Shown: positions 10,552-21,402 of the stretch, piece by piece | How the letters are laid out: every line of letters begins with the position of its first letter | Position numbering within the stretch: the stretch's first letter is position 1 | IMG/VR virus record: IMGVR_UViG_3300047539_000055 | Source: a virus | Lineage: Duplodnaviria; Caudoviricetes | Direction: 5' to 3' (one strand) | DNA: 64,000 bases | Program-made: the position numbers and the translations under genes | Notes under the pieces: model-generated | What the model saw: the letters and a program-made list of their open reading frames with translations, nothing else | Told to the model about the DNA's origin: nothing | Databases searched by the model: none

Positions 10552-12348
10552 ATGGCAATAAAAATTAAAAATCTGACACTTCGTAATTTTCTAAGTATTG
10601 GAAATAACACACAAGCAATCAATTTAAATCGTGGAGAATTCATTCTAGTTTTGGGTGAAAACTTAGATTTGGGTGGAGAAGACGCAGGTTCCAGAAATGG
10701 TTGTGGCAAAACAACAATTCTGAATGCTGTGAGTTATGCATTGTTTAGTTGGCCGATTTCAGATATCAAAAAAGAACATTTGGTAAACACAACCAATGGT
10801 AAAAATATGGTTGTTACTATTGATTTTGAATCCAATAACAAAAGTTATCGCATTGTTCGTGGTTTGAAACCGCGTATTCTGGAATTTTATGAAAATGGTA
10901 AGAAGTTTGGAAAAGAGGAAATACCCGTAGTCAATTCAGACGATTCTGCGCAAGGTGATAATCGTGAAACTCAACGAGAAATTGAAAAAGTAATTGGTAT
11001 GTCTCACGATATGTTTTGTCAGATTGTAGCAATCAATACCTATACTCAACCATTTTTATTTCAAAAGATTTCAGATCAGCGTAATATCATTGAGCAATTG
11101 TTAGGTATTACTATGCTTAGTGAAAAGGCCGAACAACTCAAAGAAGAAATCAAATTTACTCGTGACAATCTTACTAAAGAACAAGCTAGAATCAAGGCGG
11201 TTGAATCAGCCAATAAGAGAATTCAAAATCAAATTGATAGTTTGTGTCTTCGTCAAAAAGCTTGGGAAAAACAAAAAGCTGAAGACTTGAACAAGTTGAA
11301 TACCAAAATTCAGAAGCTATCTAAGATTGATATTGATCTTGAATTGCTGGTTCACGCTGATTGGGAATCTTATAATACGGCTGAAAGAGAACGTGCTAAT
11401 CTGGAACAACAGCAAGCACAAATTCAATTAGCCGTTGTAAAAGAAAAGAAATTTTTGGCACAATGTGAAATAGATTTGGTTGCATTAAATGAACAGTGCT
11501 GTCAGACTTGTAAACAAAAATTACAGACAGCAACTCAAGCAGAACTTTTGGCCGAAGTGCTTGATAAGCAAGCAGAAAATAAAAATGAATTGGCTATTAT
11601 GCAGGAAAGCATTTCACTTCTCATAGTAGAAACTACTGCAATTCCAAATTTGCAAAAGCCAGAAGAAAAGAATTATGAAACTATCAATGAAGCGCACGAT
11701 CATCGTAATAAGTTGATGTTGTTGAATCAAGAATTTCAAAGCAAGCAGAATGAAATTGATCCATATCAATCACAGATTGATAGTATGCAGAGTTCTGCCA
11801 TTGAAATAATTGATAAAAGCGAATTGAATGTGTTGGCAAGATTTATAGATCATCAAGAATTTTTGCAGAAATTACTCACAAACAAAGATAGTTTTATTCG
11901 TAAGAAAATCATTGAACAAAATTTGAGTTACCTCAATGATCGTTTATCTCATTATTTGACTGCACTTGGATTGCCTCACGAAGTCATATTTCAAAACGAT
12001 TTGTCAGTTGGAATTTCAGAACTTGGCAGAGAATTAAGTAGTGGAAACTTGTCTCGTGGTGAAATGGCGCGATTGAGTTTAGGTCTTAGTTTCTCATTTA
12101 GAGATGTATTTGAATCAATTTTTCAACCAATAAACTTGCTTATGATTGATGAACAGTTGGATGCTGGCTTGGATTCTTCTGGAGTTGAATCCGCTGCGAA
12201 ATTACTTCATAATATGAGTCGGGAACATCATAAAGATATATGGCTGATTAGTCACAAGGATGAATTGATATCAAAATGTACGAGCATACTAAAAGTAGTT
12301 AAGGAAAATGGTTTTAGTAACTTTGAATTTTCTGATAACAATGGATAA
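10552..12348 (+). CDS. Recombination ATPase subunit, T4 gp46/Rad50/SbcC-like
   Basis: Walker A GSRNGCGKTT, coiled coil with CQTC hook, LSRGE signature, IDE Walker B, ISH. Confidence 0.92.
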   Translation: MAIKIKNLTLRNFLSIGNNTQAINLNRGEFILVLGENLDLGGEDAGSRNGCGKTTILNAVSYALFSWPISDIKKEHLVNTTNGKNMVVTIDFESNNKSYRIVRGLKPRILEFYENGKKFGKEEIPVVNSDDSAQGDNRETQREIEKVIGMSHDMFCQIVAINTYTQPFLFQKISDQRNIIEQLLGITMLSEKAEQLKEEIKFTRDNLTKEQARIKAVESANKRIQNQIDSLCLRQKAWEKQKAEDLNKLNTKIQKLSKIDIDLELLVHADWESYNTAERERANLEQQQAQIQLAVVKEKKFLAQCEIDLVALNEQCCQTCKQKLQTATQAELLAEVLDKQAENKNELAIMQESISLLIVETTAIPNLQKPEEKNYETINEAHDHRNKLMLLNQEFQSKQNEIDPYQSQIDSMQSSAIEIIDKSELNVLARFIDHQEFLQKLLTNKDSFIRKKIIEQNLSYLNDRLSHYLTALGLPHEVIFQNDLSVGISELGRELSSGNLSRGEMARLSLGLSFSFRDVFESIFQPINLLMIDEQLDAGLDSSGVESAAKLLHNMSREHHKDIWLISHKDELISKCTSILKVVKENGFSNFEFSDNNG

Positions 12349-12351
12349 ATT

Positions 12352-12627
12352 ATGATTCTTGTTCCTGATTTGATAAATGGTTGTTTTGAAGCGGTTGGTG
12401 GATGCACAGGGTTCATGAATTGTTGGAGACTTTATAAAGATAAGCAAGTTAAAGGAGTAATATGGCAGTTCAATCTGTTTTATATTACTTGGGGTTGTTA
12501 CAATCTTTATTTTTACCCACATTTACATCAAATATTTAGCTTTTTTGGTGGGTTGCTTATTTGCATAGGCAATGCACTTTGGGTTGCTCTTGTTATCCAT
12601 TATAGAAAATCAGTTTTTAAGAATTAG
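12352..12627 (+). CDS. Small membrane protein, PQ-loop/SemiSWEET-like
   Basis: Three hydrophobic segments; RLYKDKQVKGV loop. Confidence 0.45.
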   Translation: MILVPDLINGCFEAVGGCTGFMNCWRLYKDKQVKGVIWQFNLFYITWGCYNLYFYPHLHQIFSFFGGLLICIGNALWVALVIHYRKSVFKN

Positions 12628-14975
12628 CCCACTGAAGTTCCTGCCTGAATAGCAGTTGAACCTTGAGCATAATATTTGGCAGCAGTTGTTCCATTATCAT
12701 CAGAAGTAGTATAGTTTTTAGTTGGCGCACCATAGAGAGCCGCTCCTGGATTTTGTTCACGATAATAAGTTACGGTTCCGCCTATACCTACTAATTGACA
12801 TGCAGCTAACCAACCGCCAACTTGTTCGGGAGTACTGTTTGCATTTAAAATACCATATTTAGTAAGTTGTTTACAATTGGCTTGCATCATAGCTAATATA
12901 AGGGCTTCTTGTGCTGGTCCATTATTCATAAAAGCAACGACACTATCGCATCCCATATATTTCGGACTCCAATTTGCTGGGTTATTAATAGCTGTTGCAA
13001 CGGATACATTTTTAGAACTTCCTGTTTTAAGAAATCCAAATGTTTCCAACGTTTGCGCGCCAAATTGATATTTTCCAGTATAACCATCCTGATTTACTGC
13101 GTAATATCCAGTTCCACCATTACTAAGTTGCCATTCTGTTGTTCCGCCACGCCCTGGATGATTGCTTGGCCAACCAGATTCACTTTTTCCAAACGATGCA
13201 CACCACGCTGTTACTTGTTTGTCTGTTAAACCATGACTTGCACAACATTTTCCAGCCGTACATGGCGGTTGATTGGCAATATCTCCTTCGTTAACATTTG
13301 GACCGCGAGGCGTTCCACGCACTCCTGAACTTGTAGTATTAGATTGTGGACGAACAATTAGTTGAGCGGCATCAGTTCCTTGAGCGACGTTTATTGTTTT
13401 GATTCCATTAATTTCATGTGTTGGCCATGGCTCGTGTGCTGGGGCGCGAGAAGTAATTGATTTGAAAATTCCATTTTGCCACCATGCCTTACTTCCAGAT
13501 TGTTTAGTAATTGTAATTTGATTATTTTGCTGGAGCGTTCCTGGGTCTTTGACTGGATTTGCAGGACCAGGATGTTGAATATCAGCCGCTTGAACATAAA
13601 ATTGACTTCCAGTGCTAAATGTGGCCTGGGAACTAGATACTACTAATGGTCCGGATGTTCCCAGATTCATATTTGTAGTATCAAATATAGTTGTTCCTTG
13701 AGTGCTACGTGAAATGAAGGAACCTGCACTGTCAAGTTGTATAGCACTTTCGGCATGAAGTTGTAATGCTTTTCCAGCATGTATGCTGATATTTTTATCT
13801 GCGTGAAAATTGATATTACCTTGACTTCTAACAGAAAAATCATTAGATGCAAAAATATCAATACGCCCTGATGGAGATAGTTCAATCCATGCCGTGCCGG
13901 GGCTATTGATGATATAGATTTGACCATTTGTATCATCCATCAATATTTCATTACCAGCAGTAGTACGAATACGAATACCTTGATCGCCTCCTTGAATATT
14001 ACCATCATCCATAACAAATTGATGACCACCAGTTCTATATGTGCATTCAATAGCGGCTGCTACTTTTGTTCCTGCTCCTGATGTATCTTTTCCAGAGTTC
14101 AAGATATCTTGTAGTTCAGATAAAATATCGGTGCTGATGGATACATTTGCAAAACTAGTCAATCGTCCTGGAGTGCTAATACCAAATACTTGACTTGGAT
14201 TTTCTCGTACACTGCTTGCGCTAGTTGATCCACGAATAAAATCAAATGCCAAACCTTGTAAGCCAAGTTGTAAGGTTTGATAAACTTGAGGAACCATCAA
14301 TACTTGTGTAGGTGTAGATGGATTGGAATTATCTTGATTGACAATAACTGGTTCACTTACTGGAAGACGATATGGAATTTCTGAATTACTACCATCAGAA
14401 ATTTGAATATAATCTCGTAGCATTGTATGAGTTGGAATTTCTGGTGCGTTTGCAACATTATTTTTGGGTTGCCAAATATAACCACCATCATTTGGATTTC
14501 CAGAAGTTGACGCAACAACAGCCCCGATAGCTGGAACCATGTGAGAATCCATTGAATCTTGAATGCAAGAAGTCCAATATCCTTGAGATGGATCGCCGTT
14601 TGCAAAAAAGCAAAGAACTCTGCCATTTAGATCAGGCGGAACAAACCAGAATCCATAACTTTGAAAACTGTTTTCATGGATGAATTGCTCGGTGTTAGTA
14701 AAATCAACAGCTTGATCTACGTGCCAGTTAAGATCAACACGCTGTCTGGTTTGACCACGAAAGGGACTTGCATAGTTGACAATAAGCCAATTTGCAGAAT
14801 CATTTTCGTCTGGGCCACCGTGATGTGGAATGTAAACTTGTAATCGTCCAGCACGAGTTGGATCAATGTTATTTTTGATCACACCGATAAAAGGGCCGGA
14901 ACTAGAAAACATTCCGTTTTTATCGGTTCTCATAAAAGGGGCTGGCTTACTTCCCATTCTTACATTTTCAGACAT
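12624..14975 (-). CDS. Baseplate central spike, gp5/VgrG-like, with C-terminal lysozyme-like domain
   Basis: DPTRAGRLQVYIP OB-fold motif, GHQFVMDD beta-helix, C-terminal ESG...GKYQFG; TATAAATA and GAGG upstream of ATG 14975. Confidence 0.8.
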   Translation of the reverse strand: MSENVRMGSKPAPFMRTDKNGMFSSSGPFIGVIKNNIDPTRAGRLQVYIPHHGGPDENDSANWLIVNYASPFRGQTRQRVDLNWHVDQAVDFTNTEQFIHENSFQSYGFWFVPPDLNGRVLCFFANGDPSQGYWTSCIQDSMDSHMVPAIGAVVASTSGNPNDGGYIWQPKNNVANAPEIPTHTMLRDYIQISDGSNSEIPYRLPVSEPVIVNQDNSNPSTPTQVLMVPQVYQTLQLGLQGLAFDFIRGSTSASSVRENPSQVFGISTPGRLTSFANVSISTDILSELQDILNSGKDTSGAGTKVAAAIECTYRTGGHQFVMDDGNIQGGDQGIRIRTTAGNEILMDDTNGQIYIINSPGTAWIELSPSGRIDIFASNDFSVRSQGNINFHADKNISIHAGKALQLHAESAIQLDSAGSFISRSTQGTTIFDTTNMNLGTSGPLVVSSSQATFSTGSQFYVQAADIQHPGPANPVKDPGTLQQNNQITITKQSGSKAWWQNGIFKSITSRAPAHEPWPTHEINGIKTINVAQGTDAAQLIVRPQSNTTSSGVRGTPRGPNVNEGDIANQPPCTAGKCCASHGLTDKQVTAWCASFGKSESGWPSNHPGRGGTTEWQLSNGGTGYYAVNQDGYTGKYQFGAQTLETFGFLKTGSSKNVSVATAINNPANWSPKYMGCDSVVAFMNNGPAQEALILAMMQANCKQLTKYGILNANSTPEQVGGWLAACQLVGIGGTVTYYREQNPGAALYGAPTKNYTTSDDNGTTAAKYYAQGSTAIQAGTSVG

Positions 14976-15000
14976 AGTATCCTCATCTGTATTTATAGAC

Positions 15001-15030
15001 AAAAAAGTAGGGATTGCTCCCTACTTCTCT
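15001..15030 (-). terminator. Rho-independent terminator
   Basis: Stem AAGTAGGGA-ttgc-TCCCTACTT followed by a T-run on the minus strand. Confidence 0.7.
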
Positions 15031-15046
15031 TTGGCGAATGACGAGG

Positions 15047-15700
15047 TTAGGCTGCTGGCTTTGCCGTGAGAATTGTTTCAATTTCTGTAACGATACCACT
15101 TACAACTACTGTGATTTCATTGACTAATGCACTGCTTTTGATACCACTTAAGGTAAGCAATCCTTGAAGATTTGAAAGAAGTGAATTCAAAACATCTGTC
15201 AAATTTTGGCTGAAATCTAGCGCTTGAATGTATCTAGTTGCTAAAACAAGATCACGTTGAATATTTGTAATAACAGCCGATACCACTACATCTACAGTTG
15301 AACCATAGATTTTAGTTACGAGTGTGTTAATGGTTCCAGCGACATAAGCCAAATCGGTTTCTGCAACTGTTGCCCATGCTGGTTCCTTTTTGAAGAAAGT
15401 GACGAACAAGTTGTAAAGCTTGTCAAAATCTGTTTTTAAATTAAGGTCGGTAAATGCCATGTTAGGAGACTCCTGTGTAATAACTGGTGCTGGTGTCGGT
15501 GCTGGTGTCGGTGCTGGTGTCGGTGCTGCTGGTGACGGTGCTGGTATCGGTGCTGCTGATACCGCTGGTGCCATCGCTAAAACCGTTAAAATTGTTGGTG
15601 CTTTTATAACAACAGCAATATTATTTGGTTCTGAGTGATTTGTCAATACCGGCGGCGTGTTGAAGAACTTGTAGTCCCAAATTTTTTGAAATAGACTCAT
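15047..15700 (-). CDS. Hypothetical protein with PAPT repeat linker; possible internal start at 15460
   Basis: ORF track; 12-bp repeats at ~15485-15560. Confidence 0.6.
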   Translation of the reverse strand: MSLFQKIWDYKFFNTPPVLTNHSEPNNIAVVIKAPTILTVLAMAPAVSAAPIPAPSPAAPTPAPTPAPTPAPVITQESPNMAFTDLNLKTDFDKLYNLFVTFFKKEPAWATVAETDLAYVAGTINTLVTKIYGSTVDVVVSAVITNIQRDLVLATRYIQALDFSQNLTDVLNSLLSNLQGLLTLSGIKSSALVNEITVVVSGIVTEIETILTAKPAA

Positions 15701-16181
15701 TTGTAGGTATCCCTGATAATTGCTTCATTTCTGCTATTGGCGATATGACTTTTTCTTTGTATGCTCTTGGCGTGAGCGGAACATGCGCCTTGAGTTCTTC
15801 CTTAGTAACAGGATAATATTTATCATCGGTTACATAGCGAAACTTCCAATCTTTCTTATTTAGCCCGGACGCGGCGGTTAAATCGGAAGTTATCAATAAT
15901 ATTTGCGAAATTATTCTGGCTCTGCGTAATAACTCCACAAAAACCAAATAACTACCTGGTCTGATTTCACTAGCAGATATATCAGCATCTAAAATAAAAT
16001 CATAACCCTTTTCAAGAAAATCCACCAAATCAATGGAGGCTTCTTTATCGTTTACCAAAAAGCTAACTACCATGATTTCATCGTCTTTACCGATTTTAGA
16101 ACAGAAATCATCAATATGAATTTTTGGTTCAAGCACTAATTTCAAATCACCAACTTCAAATGCTTCAGATATTTTTGTCAT
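15621..16181 (-). CDS. Hypothetical phage protein
   Basis: ORF track, start moved to MTKISE. Confidence 0.65.
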   Translation of the reverse strand: MTKISEAFEVGDLKLVLEPKIHIDDFCSKIGKDDEIMVVSFLVNDKEASIDLVDFLEKGYDFILDADISASEIRPGSYLVFVELLRRARIISQILLITSDLTAASGLNKKDWKFRYVTDDKYYPVTKEELKAHVPLTPRAYKEKVISPIAEMKQLSGIPTNESISKNLGLQVLQHAAGIDKSLRTK

Positions 16182-16182
16182 A

Positions 16183-16758
16183 TTAGAATCCCTGTGGAGC
16201 AATTGGGGCTGGTTCATTAGTATCAGCACCACCTACTCCTGTCATTTCGTTTTCGTCTGGACTGATATTCTGCTCGTATGCATCATTAATATCAGACATA
16301 TCCATTTCCTGATCAATAATTTCCTTTGAACTTTGCTTGATTTCCTTAATCAAATAGTTTGGCATATTGATAGTAACCAGCCATACTTTGATTCTGGCAA
16401 GCTTTGGTTTCTTGATTCCCGGCCGAAAATCGTCTTCTGATTTGATTTTAATAGGATAAACCAGCCACGCTTTTTTATAATATACTTTTACGCCGTATGA
16501 CAATAAACGCTTTGCTCCTGCTGGATCGGGCATCTTTTCAAGAGGCCAGCAAAAGGTACAAGTAACACGATAGGCAGTGAGATTTGGGCCAGAAACGAGT
16601 TCTCCATCCTTCCAGTGTTGAAAGGCGTAAAGGCCATTTTCATCAATAACTCTTTCAAATTCGCATACAGCTTCAAGGGACGAAGGTGACATTGACACTT
16701 GCTTAATGTTTGTGAGTATAGCATCTATATCTATGCGATTGGTTTTCGTAGCGGCCAT
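16183..16758 (-). CDS. Hypothetical phage protein
   Basis: ORF with TAAATA and GAGG upstream. Confidence 0.7.
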   Translation of the reverse strand: MAATKTNRIDIDAILTNIKQVSMSPSSLEAVCEFERVIDENGLYAFQHWKDGELVSGPNLTAYRVTCTFCWPLEKMPDPAGAKRLLSYGVKVYYKKAWLVYPIKIKSEDDFRPGIKKPKLARIKVWLVTINMPNYLIKEIKQSSKEIIDQEMDMSDINDAYEQNISPDENEMTGVGGADTNEPAPIAPQGF

Positions 16759-16797
16759 TGTTATCCTCTACGGTATTTAGCATAGAAAGGCAAAGTA

Positions 16798-17010
16798 CTA
16801 ATCTTTAAGTTGATGCCAATATGGTGCAAGAACTGCTTCTAAAGCAATATGCGTTGCCAATTCAACATCTTTGGCTTCTTTTTCAGATAGTTCTAAAGTT
16901 TTTGGGAAAGAGACTGTAACTGATAACTTTTTTCCAATAATTGAGAAATGATATTGTACCTCTGGAGTAAGACATATCCTTTTTTCTAAAATAAATTCTT
17001 TGCTTTTCAT
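16798..17010 (-). CDS. Hypothetical late protein
   Basis: TAAATA 6 nt upstream of ATG. Confidence 0.6.
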   Translation of the reverse strand: MKSKEFILEKRICLTPEVQYHFSIIGKKLSVTVSFPKTLELSEKEAKDVELATHIALEAVLAPYWHQLKD

Positions 17011-17037
17011 ATTAGATATTTAGCGTGAAATAGAAAG

Positions 17038-17769
17038 TTAGTCCTTTACCAGATTGCCTGTCGGCCCAAGATTCCCTTCAACTCCAATTATTGGGATTTC
17101 AACCGTATACGGCCCACTAAAATATTTGAGCAAAAGGTGTTCAATATCTACATATTTTTGTTGACTCAGCATTCCAATAAAATGCTCTATCATGACATTG
17201 TACCTGAAGAAAATCATTGCAGTTTTTACTGTTGGCCAACTCCAGCATCGACTCATGACTTGTTCAGTTAATCCACCTGTCACTTGTGGAGGAAATTGGC
17301 TGGCGCGTCTGACAGCAAAAATATACGATTCCTGCATTTTAGGATCAAGATGAATTGCCATATTGAAATTTTCGTTGAGAATATATCTGCCACTCAATTT
17401 GAATACTCGGTCAATACCTTCCAATAGTGCTGGTTGTTGACGTATAATGAAATCCAATGCTTTACCAAAAACAATGAGTTCTGTGAGATTCTTGGCAACA
17501 TCCCAGTTCTTTTCAGACATTTTAGTTATATCTTGAACTTGTTGATCTGGATGAAAATTAAGAATGCCTTCAACATAAGGTTTCATCAAATCTGATTCAG
17601 CATCAGTAATTGATTCTTTGGAACTGCTTTCCACAAGTAAAATTCTTGCGTCGGGGTCTTTAGATTTGATAGACTCAAATGTTTTTATGGTTTGATTCAA
17701 GCGTTCTTCGGCACTATATACGCCATGAACAGTATGTATTGCTGATGATATAAGAAAAAGTGTTTTCAT
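17038..17769 (-). CDS. Glycosyltransferase-like protein
   Basis: ILLVESS, FKLSGRY, DIEH motifs resembling GT-A-like phage proteins. Confidence 0.45.
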   Translation of the reverse strand: MKTLFLISSAIHTVHGVYSAEERLNQTIKTFESIKSKDPDARILLVESSSKESITDAESDLMKPYVEGILNFHPDQQVQDITKMSEKNWDVAKNLTELIVFGKALDFIIRQQPALLEGIDRVFKLSGRYILNENFNMAIHLDPKMQESYIFAVRRASQFPPQVTGGLTEQVMSRCWSWPTVKTAMIFFRYNVMIEHFIGMLSQQKYVDIEHLLLKYFSGPYTVEIPIIGVEGNLGPTGNLVKD

Positions 17770-17770
17770 A

Positions 17771-18622
17771 TTACTCCATAAGGAAAAGATATTGATTTTG
17801 CTGAGCGAGTTTGTTTCGCAAAAACGCCCAATGTTGCATCATGTTGGGATATCCAGCAGATACCGCGATTTGTTTAATATCGCTGAGACAACGAAGTTCA
17901 TCAATGATTGGCTCTGGAAGTGTGGTTTTGGTAATAAGTTCTGCGCGTGTATATGCATAATGTGTTGCTGTGATACCATCTTTTCTCCCTCGTTCAAGAG
18001 AAAGAAATATACTAAATAATCGTTCTACTGCAAAGGTATAATATGGTAAAACTTTATTAGGGCCATAATTGGCGCTTTTTTGATACAGCATTTCAATATC
18101 TTTTGGATTATTGTTAACAGATTCTAAAAAATTGTTGACAAATTTTATATACTTGCCCCAAAATTTGTGATTGCCAACAAAAAAATTACATAGAGAAAAG
18201 GTATTACAATCCATATATAAAGAACCTAAGTCAATTTTGGATGCTTCTGTGATGTTTCGTTGTAATAAACTCAATAGACCGGGATGGCAGTTTTCTCCAT
18301 GTTGAATTGTTCCGGGGAAAATAGCTTCCACGATAGGGACCGGATTTATAAAATAAACATCACATAAATTTGTCTGTTGAGACGCTTTAACCCAATCAAG
18401 AAATTGACCACCAGTAATATTGGATTTCTTTTCAAATTTTGGACTTACTAAACCAAAATAATCTAGGTTTTTAGTTAAATTAGAATTGTATGCACATTCA
18501 AATATTGGATATTCTCGAAGTTGTGGCTGATCATTAGATAGATTATCCCAAAGATCAAATCCTGCTCCGAGTGAAGAAAGCTGTGATTGTTCATAACAAA
18601 TTTTGTATAATTTAGTTTTCAT
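17771..18622 (-). CDS. Putative glycosyltransferase-like protein
   Basis: LREYP, YFGLVSPKF, CNFFVG, FAVERLFS motifs. Confidence 0.4.
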   Translation of the reverse strand: MKTKLYKICYEQSQLSSLGAGFDLWDNLSNDQPQLREYPIFECAYNSNLTKNLDYFGLVSPKFEKKSNITGGQFLDWVKASQQTNLCDVYFINPVPIVEAIFPGTIQHGENCHPGLLSLLQRNITEASKIDLGSLYMDCNTFSLCNFFVGNHKFWGKYIKFVNNFLESVNNNPKDIEMLYQKSANYGPNKVLPYYTFAVERLFSIFLSLERGRKDGITATHYAYTRAELITKTTLPEPIIDELRCLSDIKQIAVSAGYPNMMQHWAFLRNKLAQQNQYLFLME

Positions 18623-19406
18623 TTTCTAATTTTTCAAACATCCATCCTTTGTGTGATTTTCTTCTACCATATAAACAATTAAATACATGCGCTATATTAA
18701 GATCATGTTCTTTAGCAAATTGACGAGGAATGTCTGAGATTATTTTTATACCATCGAGCGAAATAGCTTTAAATTTCAATTTTTTTATTTTTGCTGTAGA
18801 AAGTTTTTGTTTGTGAGTATACGAGAATTTTCTATCTTTTTGCGCTAACGACATTTTTTGCTTGGTTTGAAGGTTACGGTGAGTACCAAAATTAGGATTA
18901 TCTGAACCAAATTTTCCGAATATTGGATTATTTTTTCCAGAACGAGAAATAGACATTTCTATTTTTGTTTCTGTGGTATGTTTTTTGCCCTTCATCCATG
19001 TTTGTTTTCCTTTTCTACTTTTAGACATTTTTTCTTTTGATTCTGTTCGGTGATTTTTTCCAAACATTGGATGACTTGATCCACTATTCATTTTTGCTAT
19101 TTCAATAGAAAATTGAGTTCGTAATAATTCATAATCGTGACTCGTAATATGTAATTTTCGGCTACTTTTATTAATGCTCATCATATGCCAAGCATAAATC
19201 ATTTTTGCTCTAAATTTTTCATCTACAAATTTAATCAATAATTTATGGCATATATAGTGTTCTCTTGCTGTTAAGAAAACCATATTGTCTTTGGTATTAC
19301 TGCCACCCATACATTTGGGAATAATATGATGATCCTCTTTATAACCAAGTGGACAGTCTTTTTGTCGTTTTTCAATGATTTTGTAATAAATTTTACTATA
19401 ATCCAT
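18612..19406 (-). CDS. HNH homing endonuclease with NUMOD3 repeats
   Basis: EDHHIIPKCMGGSN...LTAREHYICH; repeated H..E.K.KMS units. Confidence 0.88.
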   Translation of the reverse strand: MDYSKIYYKIIEKRQKDCPLGYKEDHHIIPKCMGGSNTKDNMVFLTAREHYICHKLLIKFVDEKFRAKMIYAWHMMSINKSSRKLHITSHDYELLRTQFSIEIAKMNSGSSHPMFGKNHRTESKEKMSKSRKGKQTWMKGKKHTTETKIEMSISRSGKNNPIFGKFGSDNPNFGTHRNLQTKQKMSLAQKDRKFSYTHKQKLSTAKIKKLKFKAISLDGIKIISDIPRQFAKEHDLNIAHVFNCLYGRRKSHKGWMFEKLENEN

Positions 19407-19499
19407 ACATATAGTGTAACATATAGGAATTATAAAAGCAACTATATTTTCATATGCTTTTCCTCCATGATATTTATTTGCCCATTGCTAAATATAGAT

Positions 19500-21008
19500 A
19501 TGCAATATAATCAAATTATCAATGAAGCGGGATCGCGCGGCCTATTCGTAAGGACACAAAATGCGGCGGCTGGAGACACAGTAATATTCACAAATGATCA
19601 AGGTCAACAAATTACAGCCGTTGGTAACGCTGTTTTTCCAGTTGATGGCTTCTTTTTTGAGAATGATACTGTTAATAATCTTCCTTCGCAAGCACGAAAG
19701 TTAGCTCCAGTAGAGCAAAAAAAGCTTTTGAAAACTGGATTTCAAAAGGTTTCAGAAGCTTTAGAACAATATCAAATTAAAATGAAGATTAAGAGTCAAA
19801 ATTGGCATGTGGTTAACAATAATGGCCGCGCAGCTTTGGTAACTCTTTGGAAAAAGGACAATGGAGATTTGGTAGGTTTTATCAAGTTATTTAACATAAA
19901 AAGTGCGGGTGCCGTCCCATTCTTTTGGTCTAATAGTGATTTTGCTCGTGATACTACATATTCTATTCGTGATAATGCGCAACAGAAAACTGATCTAAAT
20001 CTTAAACCAAGCACTGTTGTTGGAATTGGAGAACGACTTACGGTTGAAGAAGCTGTAGAACAAATTGGAGTGAATATCTCCACACATACAGAAATACCAG
20101 CAGATGTTCGTAAACAAATAATTGGCCTTATTAAAAATGTTGAATCTGGATTTGCTACCCCAGTTGCTAATGCCGCCGCTAATGCCACATCATTTGAAGT
20201 TGATCTTGGTGAAACTGCTGCTCCAATTGCTCTATTGACAGGTCATTTTATTTCAGGATCGTATCGGGAAGTTGAAGAACAATTGCTCAAACCACAAGGT
20301 TCAAGCTGGCGCAAAATCAAAACTTTTACTTTTCCAATGAGCGGAACTGAGGCGTTGGTTGATAGTTATCTTAATCTAAGTAAAGATGTACATATTGGAA
20401 TTAGCAGTAAAAATAGCACTGGTGGGGCATCTGCCAGCGTTACAAGTTTGACTTCTGTTATTGAAAAGAATCCTGAGCGATTTGTAGACCTTCAGAGTGA
20501 GAAAAAGTATAAGTATCTATTCAACATTATGAATTTGATCAAGGATAAATCTGCCGAAGATGGACCGCTGGAATTGGGTGTGCTTTATAAGATTATCACA
20601 AAGGATGAAAAAAAAGAGATAAAGAATGCCATTGCAGATTTGAATATAGATAAGAAATACCTTTCAAAGACTTTGAAATCCTTATTGAAAAATTCAATTT
20701 ATAATCCTGTCACAGTTAACCAAAATTATACAATTGGTTATCACTTATTAACAACTGTCGCATTTTTAGTTACTGCACATTTAAATAAGAATTCAAATTT
20801 AGTAACGGCATTCTTCAAGGAAATCCTAAGTCGTTCTAATATGATTCAAGTAAAGACTAAGATGAAAATAGTTGATACTGGGGCTTATTTTTCTAATTTT
20901 GAAGTCATGTGGCCACCAGCATTTCCTGGAAAAGTTCAATTTTTTGCTCAAAAAAATTATTCTGCCAGCGCAAAACCAGGTGGAAAGATTTGTTTCAAAA
21001 TTGGCTAA
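19500..21008 (+). CDS. Hypothetical late (possibly virion-internal) protein
   Basis: Start moved to ATG 19500, 5 nt after TAAATA; N-terminus MQYNQIINEA. Confidence 0.65.
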   Translation: MQYNQIINEAGSRGLFVRTQNAAAGDTVIFTNDQGQQITAVGNAVFPVDGFFFENDTVNNLPSQARKLAPVEQKKLLKTGFQKVSEALEQYQIKMKIKSQNWHVVNNNGRAALVTLWKKDNGDLVGFIKLFNIKSAGAVPFFWSNSDFARDTTYSIRDNAQQKTDLNLKPSTVVGIGERLTVEEAVEQIGVNISTHTEIPADVRKQIIGLIKNVESGFATPVANAAANATSFEVDLGETAAPIALLTGHFISGSYREVEEQLLKPQGSSWRKIKTFTFPMSGTEALVDSYLNLSKDVHIGISSKNSTGGASASVTSLTSVIEKNPERFVDLQSEKKYKYLFNIMNLIKDKSAEDGPLELGVLYKIITKDEKKEIKNAIADLNIDKKYLSKTLKSLLKNSIYNPVTVNQNYTIGYHLLTTVAFLVTAHLNKNSNLVTAFFKEILSRSNMIQVKTKMKIVDTGAYFSNFEVMWPPAFPGKVQFFAQKNYSASAKPGGKICFKIG

Positions 21009-21202
21009 GATTCAAATTTCCTTAGCATTTCTTTCCGAATAATTTCCGCTGTATTATTCCAAGCAATTCTCTCGGTTGCTTCATAAAATCCCGCTGATAG
21101 AAGAACGCCTCCATTGCCATTATAAATTCCATAACTGGAACCAAAATCATCTACCTTGGCATTCGGATATATTTTAAGAACAAATTCTTTTGTATTCTTC
21201 AT
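21005..21202 (-). CDS. YPDA/KLES-family protein (array A)
   Basis: TKEFVLKIYPNA...MLRKFES. Confidence 0.85.
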   Translation of the reverse strand: MKNTKEFVLKIYPNAKVDDFGSSYGIYNGNGGVLLSAGFYEATERIAWNNTAEIIRKEMLRKFES

Positions 21203-21402
21203 GACTCAAACTTCTCCAGCATTTCTTGCAGAATAACTTCTGCTGCATGTTTCCAAGCAATAGTTGCGGTGCTTTCAAATTCATATGCTGATAAAAGCAT
21301 TTTGGTTTTTCTATCAAATATACCCCATCCGACATTATTTATTAAGGTATTTTCTGAATAGGCAGTTGGATATATTGAAAGAACAAATTTCTTATTTGTC
21401 AT
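21199..21402 (-). CDS. YPDA/KLES-family protein (array A)
   Basis: MTNKKFVLSIYPTA...MLEKFES. Confidence 0.85.
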   Translation of the reverse strand: MTNKKFVLSIYPTAYSENTLINNVGWGIFDRKTKMLLSAYEFESTATIAWKHAAEVILQEMLEKFES

